Assembly: GCA_963803145.1 (NCBI GenBank) | Contig: CAWDLW010000051.1 | Coordinates: 1-44,897, forward strand | Source: Methanotrichaceae archaeon | GTDB lineage: Archaea; Halobacteriota; Methanosarcinia; Methanotrichales; Methanotrichaceae | Direction: 5' to 3' | Length of the DNA: 44,897 nt | Shown: piece by piece, positions 38,333 through 44,897 of the stretch | How positions within the stretch are numbered: position 1 is the first letter of the stretch | Layout: each line of letters starts with the position of its first letter | Made by a program: the position numbers and the translations under genes | Notes under the pieces: generated by a model | Told to the model about the DNA's origin: nothing | The model's database searches: none | What the model saw: the letters and a program-made list of their open reading frames with translations, nothing else

Positions 38333-40747
38333 ATGCCAGAAAATAAAAAATACGTGCTTTGGTTCGATGAAATTGGCATCGAAGATGTACCATCAGTAGG
38401 TGGAAAGAATGCCTCTTTAGGTGAGATGTACAGGGAGCTGACGCCTAAGGGCGTAAAAATTCCCAATGGCTTTGCCACGAGTGCCGAGGCATATTGGCAC
38501 TTTCTAGACTCTGCAGGCATCCTGGACAAGCTCAAGGAAACGCTTGAGGGCCTGGATAAGAGCAACGTGAAGGATCTCGCCACACGCGGCAAGAAGGCAC
38601 GTGAGCTTATACTGAGCGCAAAGCTGCCTGATGACCTTTGGGATCAAATCAAAGCTGCTTATGATAAACTGGGCAGGCAATACGGCAAGGATCCCGATGT
38701 GGCGGTTCGAAGCTCTGCTACCGCAGAGGATCTGCCAACAGCATCCTTCGCAGGCCAGCAGGAGTCATATCTGAATGTTCGAGGCTACGATGAGCTAAAG
38801 GATGCAACTATCAAATGCTATGCATCGCTCTTCACAGACAGAGCGATATCCTATCGTATCGATCAGGGCTTCGACCAGTTCAAGGTCGCTCTGTCAATAG
38901 GCATAATGAAGATGGTCAGATCGGACCTGGCATCAAGCGGCGTCATATTCACTCTCGATACAGAGACAGGATTCAGGGATGTCGTATTCATCACGGGCGC
39001 CTATGGCCTGGGCGAGAACGTTGTACAGGGAGCAGTAAATCCGGACGAGTTCTATGTCTTCAAGCCGACGTTCAGAAAAGGCTTCAGGCCTATAATCAGA
39101 AAGACGCTTGGTGACAAGAAGATAAAGATGGTCTATGGAAGCGGTAGCGAAAAGGCGCTCACAAAGAATGTGGACGTTCCTGAAGCTGACAGAAGAAAGT
39201 TCTGCATCACAGATGATGATGTCCTGACGCTTGCAGGCTATGCGATAATCATTGAGGAGCACTACTCCGAGAAGGCCGGCAAGGAGAGGCCAATGGATAT
39301 AGAATGGGCCAAGGACGGAACCAATGGAGAGCTGTTCATAGTCCAGGCAAGGCCAGAGACAGTTCAGTCGCAGAGAGCAAAGGATGTCCTGGAAATATAC
39401 CACCTGGAGAAACGTGGGTCCGTTATCGTTATGGGAAGAGGTGTCGGAGAGAAGATTGCGAGCGGAAAGGCACACATCATTCCTGATGTAAGCCAACTAT
39501 CATCCTTCAAAAAAGGAGAGATACTGATCTCCAATACAACGACCCCTGACTGGGAGCCTGTGATGAAGATTGCATCCGCTATAGTCACAAACGCAGGCGG
39601 GAGGACTAGCCATGCAGCCATCGTCAGCCGAGAGTTCGGGATACCAGCAGTAGTTGGAACCGGCAATGCCACTGAGAAGATCAAGGACGGCCAGGAGGTG
39701 ACTGTGAGCTGTGCGGAAGGCGATATGGGTGAGGTCTATGAGGGGTTGCTGCCCTTCAACGTTGAGAGGGTGAGCCTGAAGGACCTCACCAGGCCGAAGA
39801 CAGAGATTATGATCAACCTTGGAAATCCTGAGGAAGCATTCGCCACATCTATGATCCCCAACGACGGTGTCGGCCTGGCACGCCTTGAGTTCATCATAAG
39901 CAGCTACATCAAGATTCATCCAATGGCGCTTGTCCATCCGGATAAAGTAAAAGATGAGTCGATGAGAAGGCAGATCGATGAGCTTACCTACGGCTATCCG
40001 AATAAGTCCGATTACTTCATAGAGAAGCTTTCCCAGGGTGTTGGAACTATTGCAGCTGCCTTCTATCCTAAGCCGGTAGTCGTCCGCCTGAGCGATTTCA
40101 AGTCTAACGAGTACGCCAATCTGATCGCAGGCGAGTACTTCGAGATCCAGGAAAGCAATCCTATGATTGGGTTCCGTGGGGCCTCACGCTACTATAACGA
40201 TAGATACAGAGACGGCTTTGCACTGGAATGTGCAGCGCTGAAGCGTGCCCGTGAGGAGATGGGGCTGACCAATATTATTATAATGATACCTTTCTGCCGC
40301 AGGGTTGAGGAGGCGAAGAAGGTTCTGGCAGAGATGGAGAAGAACGGCCTCAAACAAGGTGCCAAAGATCTGCAAGTCTATGTAATGTGCGAGATACCGA
40401 GCAACGTTATGCTTGTGGATGAGTTCTGCAAGCTCGTCGACGGCATGTCCATAGGGTCAAATGATCTGACACAGCTGACGCTCGGAATCGACCGAGACTC
40501 AGAGCTGCTTGCAGCAGATTTCGATGAACGTGATCCGGCTGTGCTGAAGATGGTGGCATTATCGATTCAGGGAACGAAGAGAAACGACCGCCACAGCGGT
40601 CTATGCGGCCAAGCTCCGAGCGATTATCCAGAGTTTGCAGAGTTCCTAGTGGAGCAGGGTATAGACTCTATATCCATCAACCCCGATACAGTGATGAAGA
40701 TAACGCTCAAAGTTGTGGAGACGGAGAAGAGACTGGACAGGAAGTAA
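38333..40747 (+). CDS. ppsA: Phosphoenolpyruvate synthase
   Basis: VGGKNASLGE, RSSATAED, GGRTSHAAI phospho-His and SIGSNDLTQ motifs. Confidence 0.97.
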   Translation: MPENKKYVLWFDEIGIEDVPSVGGKNASLGEMYRELTPKGVKIPNGFATSAEAYWHFLDSAGILDKLKETLEGLDKSNVKDLATRGKKARELILSAKLPDDLWDQIKAAYDKLGRQYGKDPDVAVRSSATAEDLPTASFAGQQESYLNVRGYDELKDATIKCYASLFTDRAISYRIDQGFDQFKVALSIGIMKMVRSDLASSGVIFTLDTETGFRDVVFITGAYGLGENVVQGAVNPDEFYVFKPTFRKGFRPIIRKTLGDKKIKMVYGSGSEKALTKNVDVPEADRRKFCITDDDVLTLAGYAIIIEEHYSEKAGKERPMDIEWAKDGTNGELFIVQARPETVQSQRAKDVLEIYHLEKRGSVIVMGRGVGEKIASGKAHIIPDVSQLSSFKKGEILISNTTTPDWEPVMKIASAIVTNAGGRTSHAAIVSREFGIPAVVGTGNATEKIKDGQEVTVSCAEGDMGEVYEGLLPFNVERVSLKDLTRPKTEIMINLGNPEEAFATSMIPNDGVGLARLEFIISSYIKIHPMALVHPDKVKDESMRRQIDELTYGYPNKSDYFIEKLSQGVGTIAAAFYPKPVVVRLSDFKSNEYANLIAGEYFEIQESNPMIGFRGASRYYNDRYRDGFALECAALKRAREEMGLTNIIIMIPFCRRVEEAKKVLAEMEKNGLKQGAKDLQVYVMCEIPSNVMLVDEFCKLVDGMSIGSNDLTQLTLGIDRDSELLAADFDERDPAVLKMVALSIQGTKRNDRHSGLCGQAPSDYPEFAEFLVEQGIDSISINPDTVMKITLKVVETEKRLDRK

Positions 40748-40930
40748 CATTCCTGTCCTTTGCTGCTATAGAAATATGGTTCCAGCATTGTATAGATATT
40801 GATGGAATCACCATATTATATTGCTATTATTATCTGCCATCGTTGTCATTAAATGGCAATAGGATAATGACTAGTGTCCTGAAAAGTTTAACAAAAGTAA
40901 GCATTGAGTTAGAGAGGAGGGAATAAATTA

Positions 40931-41215
40931 ATGGTTACACAGCCGAAACTATTTGCCCTGAATACCTTATTGCTTATCTCACTGCTTTTGCAGCTTGCGA
41001 TAGGAATATGGCTGTTTATGATTACCCATGGATTTGTTTCAGAATCGACAACAACATGGATTAACCTCCATGTTATCAATGGCCTGATCCTTGTAGGCCT
41101 AGCGCTGATACACATTTATATGAACAGGAGATGGATAATACTGCAACTTAAAGGGCCCATGACAGGAAAGAAAAAGGCAGTCCAAACAGATCGGAAAACA
41201 GAGAAATCCAAATAA
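40931..41215 (+). CDS. Small membrane protein, DUF4405/cytochrome-b-like
   Basis: Two TM helices with WINLH..HIYMN His pair; GGAGG RBS. Confidence 0.75.
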   Translation: MVTQPKLFALNTLLLISLLLQLAIGIWLFMITHGFVSESTTTWINLHVINGLILVGLALIHIYMNRRWIILQLKGPMTGKKKAVQTDRKTEKSK

Positions 41216-41276
41216 GGGAGCGAGAGATGATACGGCAGATCTTTCCGTAGATCTATCCCAATGTTACTTTTATCTT

Positions 41277-43736
41277 CTAAATTTTATCCTCGGAAGGGTC
41301 AGTATTGCGCAGTAGCGTCGCAAGATCATTTACTTTCACAGGCTTTGCGATATAGCCATCCATGCCAGCTTCCAGACACTTCTCTTGATCTCCGTCCATT
41401 GCGAAGGCTGTAATGGCTACTACCTTCGGCCCATTGTCAGGCCAGAGCTTTCGTATCTCCTTTGTGGCAGTAAGGCCATCCATCTCAGGCATCCTGATAT
41501 CCATAAAGATCAGGTCATAAGGCCTGATTTGGAGAGCCTGAAGGACCTCGACACCATCAGCCACTGCATCAGCTCTATAGCCCAGACGTTTGAGCATCTC
41601 AACAAGAACTCTCTGATTTGAGGGATTGTCTTCGGCTACAAGAATGCTTAGAGGCTTCTGGCTTGAGATATTTTCATACTCAGTAGCGTTATCTTTCTCA
41701 CCTAAGTCCAATTGTTTTCCCGAAAAGGCCTCGGCTTGGATAGTGAATCGGAAAGTTGAGCCTCTGCCTTCCTCGCTTTCAGCCCGGATCTCGCCACCCA
41801 TAAGTTCCACAAGCTTCTTACTTATGGCGAGTCCGAGCCCTGCGCCATCACGCTTGCGGCTCATAGTATATTCGAGCTGTGCAAAGGGCTTGAAGAGCCT
41901 GTCCATCTTATCTTGAGGCATTCCAATGCCCGTATCCTTAACTGCAAAAGTTATCTGGCGCTTGTTGCCTCCTAGGTCTTTGGAGGAAACCGATACGGAT
42001 ATATCTCCAATATCCGTAAACTTGACTGCATTACTGAGCAGATTGGCCAATATTTGCCTGAGCCTTCCTGGATCGCCAAGGATAGTATCCGGTGTGCCAT
42101 AGCTGACAGTGTAGGCGAGGTTCAAGCCCTTTTTATCAGCCTGCACTGCTACCATATCCAAAGATTCCTCAATGCAAGCCTTGAGGCTGATAGGTTGAAG
42201 CTCCAGCTTTACTTTCTCCTTTTCTGCTCTCGAAAACTCAAGGATATCGCTGATGATTGATAGGAGAGCTTCGCCACCGTTCCTGATCCTCTCAATGTCC
42301 TCCTTCTGCTCTTCTGTGAGATTATCAGCCAGGAGGAGACTTGAGAAGCCTATAACAGCATTCAGGGGTGTCCTAAGCTCGTGGCTCATATTCGCAAGGA
42401 ACGCAGCTTTGGCCTCGACTGCGGCTTCTGCTGCCTCCTTGGCTGCAATAAGATCTTTCTCGGTCTTCTCATGCTCTGAGATCTCCATCTGAAGCTCTTC
42501 ATTGATTACTTCGAGGTTTTCTTTCGCATCGGATAGCTCAGCGGTCCTTTCCTGGACCCTTTGCTCAAGCTCGTCCTTCGCTTTGCGCAGAGCCTCCTCC
42601 ATATGCTTGCGCTCGGTGATGTCATGACCTACAAGCAAATGCTGGCCGGGAAATATGTTAGCTATGCCAATGGCCTCGACAGTACGAAATGTCCCATCTC
42701 TATACCGAATTCCTGCTTCTCCTGCAAACCGGCCGGTTTGTATAAAGGCTGGCCATGCGACTGATAGATCAAAACCTAGATCGAGATAGTCCGACAGGAG
42801 CTGACCTACAAGCTGTTCGTGAGGTACGCCCGTGATAACGCCAGCTCCTGGATTAGCATTGGTGCAGCGCATATCGTCATCAATGGTGATGATAGCATCT
42901 TGCGTTGATTCGAAGATCGAACGAAATCGCTTTTCGCTTCTACGAATTTCATCTTCTGCCCGCTTCCGCTCGACAACCTCCCTCTCCAGATCCGTCTTGG
43001 AGGCGGTGATGGTTTTCAGGTTTGCCGTCATCTGGTTGAAGGCCTTGGCTAGCTCGCTGATCTCATCGTTCTTTTTCTCAACGATTGAATAATCTAGGTT
43101 GCCGGAGCCGATAATTTTCGCTCCGGCCTGGAGATTCGATATCGATGTTAGAGTGCGCCGATAAATCAGGATGTAATCAGTAAGAAGAAATGCCATAAAG
43201 ACGCCCATGAGTGCAAAGATGAGAAGGTTATTTCGCTGTTTCGTCTCCTCTGCCTGCTGGCTTAACATCTGCGCCAGGCGTGAAGCATCAAAGACCATTC
43301 CCTGGGTTTGTACTCCAATCCTGCTCCCTGAGACCTGAATAAACGCCAGATCAGCCGTGTTTTGTTGGGTTTGAGGTGCACTCTTAACTTTCGATATTAT
43401 ATCGTTGAAGATTTCATTCAAGCGCTGCCCGTTGGCCTTGATATTATTGGCGAGCACTTGTTGATCAGACTGCTCAACAGTCAGATTTGAGATATCTGCT
43501 GAGATCGAAGAGTATTTGGATTCCCATCGATCGATCTGCTGGCTTTCATGGTACAGAAGATAGTCGTTCGATAAATAGCTGAGCTCACCAACGTTAAGCT
43601 CAATGTTTTTGGCAAGCTCCTCCTGCTTGTTTAGCTGCTCCACCTGTTGATTTGTAGCGATCACCGATGCTGAGATGATTGCCAGGGCTGCGCCGAAGAA
43701 AACCATGCTGATGATCAACTGAGTCCTTATCCTCAT
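41277..43736 (-). CDS. Hybrid sensor histidine kinase (TM-HAMP-PAS-HisKA-HATPase-REC)
   Basis: MSHELRTPL, NAVKFT, DTGIG, GLGL and FMDIRMP motifs. Confidence 0.95.
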   Translation of the reverse strand: MRIRTQLIISMVFFGAALAIISASVIATNQQVEQLNKQEELAKNIELNVGELSYLSNDYLLYHESQQIDRWESKYSSISADISNLTVEQSDQQVLANNIKANGQRLNEIFNDIISKVKSAPQTQQNTADLAFIQVSGSRIGVQTQGMVFDASRLAQMLSQQAEETKQRNNLLIFALMGVFMAFLLTDYILIYRRTLTSISNLQAGAKIIGSGNLDYSIVEKKNDEISELAKAFNQMTANLKTITASKTDLEREVVERKRAEDEIRRSEKRFRSIFESTQDAIITIDDDMRCTNANPGAGVITGVPHEQLVGQLLSDYLDLGFDLSVAWPAFIQTGRFAGEAGIRYRDGTFRTVEAIGIANIFPGQHLLVGHDITERKHMEEALRKAKDELEQRVQERTAELSDAKENLEVINEELQMEISEHEKTEKDLIAAKEAAEAAVEAKAAFLANMSHELRTPLNAVIGFSSLLLADNLTEEQKEDIERIRNGGEALLSIISDILEFSRAEKEKVKLELQPISLKACIEESLDMVAVQADKKGLNLAYTVSYGTPDTILGDPGRLRQILANLLSNAVKFTDIGDISVSVSSKDLGGNKRQITFAVKDTGIGMPQDKMDRLFKPFAQLEYTMSRKRDGAGLGLAISKKLVELMGGEIRAESEEGRGSTFRFTIQAEAFSGKQLDLGEKDNATEYENISSQKPLSILVAEDNPSNQRVLVEMLKRLGYRADAVADGVEVLQALQIRPYDLIFMDIRMPEMDGLTATKEIRKLWPDNGPKVVAITAFAMDGDQEKCLEAGMDGYIAKPVKVNDLATLLRNTDPSEDKI

Positions 43737-43747
43737 GATTCCTCAAT

Positions 43748-44782
43748 TCACCTGATATTCACAGATTCCGGCTTAACTTCCTCTAAACCCTTCGTGTATA
43801 TGTAATCTTGGAAATATGGTAATGTCTTCTCGCTTGTTAGGTTATTATTAATCATCCAGCGTCCTTCATCGCTCATGGCGATAAGGATCGATTGGTCCAA
43901 CGAGAGCGAATACTGGCTGTTGTTCCAGGACGACTTCATGTACGCATCGTCGTAGTGCATCCGCTTCTGAATAATGGCCTTTGCTTCAGCCGGATGCGTG
44001 CCCACATAGTCATCAGCCATGGCCAGAGACTCCAGGAAACGGCCGATCGGTCCGGGGTTCTTCGTAATCCAGTCGTCTTTGCAGATTAGCAGCTCATAGG
44101 TGTACTTGTTATTTTGTACTGGCAACACAACGACATTGCTGCCCAGGCGATCAGTGATGGTGTCGATATACGGATGCGTTGCGACTACCGCATCTACACT
44201 GCCGTTTATTATAGCGTCCGCGAACTGTGATTTGGCGATGTTGATGAGTGTGACGTCCTGCATGCTAATTCCTTGAAGGCTTAGCGATCTGCCGAGATAG
44301 AACTGAGATATCGTCCCCATGGAGACGCCGATCCTTTTTCCCTTGAGGTCGGTTATGTTATTGATTCCCCGGTCTCTCCTGCCAACAACGTAAGCATAGT
44401 CGCCTTTGTTTATGTTCGCAAACGTGGAGATTTTTTTCTTTTGAAGCGCCATTGTGACAAGGCCGAGCTCCGAAGAGGATCCGATATCCACCTCGCCATT
44501 CAGCAATCCATTAACGGTGGCAAGTCCAGAATCATAATATTTTATTGTCACGTTCAGTCCGCTCTTTTTAAAGAATCCCTGGTCTTCCGCTATAAAAATT
44601 AGCCCTGCCGCCTCAATGAAAGGCGTTCCTATGGTGATCGACGCAGGCGTTCCAGAATAAGTTGTCGTGGAACTCGCCTGATGCCATGCAACAAATCCTG
44701 CCAAGGCGATTACGGCGATAACAGCTATCGCAGCGATAACGCTCGTTTGCATCTTCGCCCCAGACCTCATGCTGATTTTCAT
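43748..44782 (-). CDS. NrtA/SsuA/CpmA-type substrate-binding protein
   Basis: N-terminal anchor; IAEDQGFF and DLKGKRIGV motifs; start could be 44752. Confidence 0.88.
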   Translation of the reverse strand: MKISMRSGAKMQTSVIAAIAVIAVIALAGFVAWHQASSTTTYSGTPASITIGTPFIEAAGLIFIAEDQGFFKKSGLNVTIKYYDSGLATVNGLLNGEVDIGSSSELGLVTMALQKKKISTFANINKGDYAYVVGRRDRGINNITDLKGKRIGVSMGTISQFYLGRSLSLQGISMQDVTLINIAKSQFADAIINGSVDAVVATHPYIDTITDRLGSNVVVLPVQNNKYTYELLICKDDWITKNPGPIGRFLESLAMADDYVGTHPAEAKAIIQKRMHYDDAYMKSSWNNSQYSLSLDQSILIAMSDEGRWMINNNLTSEKTLPYFQDYIYTKGLEEVKPESVNIR

Positions 44783-44793
44783 GCTTCTCCGAT

Positions 44794-44897
44794 TTAACCT
44801 ATGATCTCCACAGATTCCGGCTTTACTTCCTCAAGGCCTTTCGTATAAATGTACTTTCTGAAGTCGGGTATAGTCTTCTCGCTGGTGAGGTTGTTAT
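44794..44897 (-). CDS. 3' end of a tandem paralogous substrate-binding protein (partial)
   Basis: NNLTSEKTIPDFRKYIYTKGLEEVKPESVEIIG* is nearly identical to the C-terminus of the 43748 protein. Confidence 0.85.
   Translation of the reverse strand, partial: NNLTSEKTIPDFRKYIYTKGLEEVKPESVEIIG

Overview
Archaeal chromosomal window, most likely from a Methanothrix-like (Methanotrichales/Methanomicrobia) methanogen, judged from CDC48, DUF1890/DUF1894, SepCysS, a RamA-like activase and Methanothrix-type signal peptides. The core (about 8-34 kb) is a cysteine/sulfur island. It holds a radical SAM-MoaD-DUF1890-DUF1894-MoaE operon, an atypical tRNA-Cys abutting cysS, a decayed second cysS, an orphan sulfonate/nitrate-type binding protein, a TauE exporter, a pscS-metY-metX operon and a secreted 33-Cys protein. 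Four promoters share the palindrome GTTMACNNTTGTKAAY just downstream of the TATA box. Two paralogous wHTH regulators are present. One can apparently be made in full only by a prfB-like +1 frameshift at CUU-UGC (a Cys codon); the other is fused behind a signal peptide and a 9-Cys segment. Together these suggest an undescribed translational cysteine-sensing circuit, which is inference and must be checked against assembly indels, since several genes here are frameshifted. Mobile DNA comprises a TIR-bounded HNH/methylase cassette, a 3.7-kb IS6-like element whose two ends both lie 14 bp upstream of TATA boxes and which carries a type I toxin-like peptide, and a three-copy ~65-bp structured repeat. 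The right end carries YHS, a frameshifted 2-hydroxyacid dehydrogenase, CopB, ppsA and a hybrid kinase with binding proteins.
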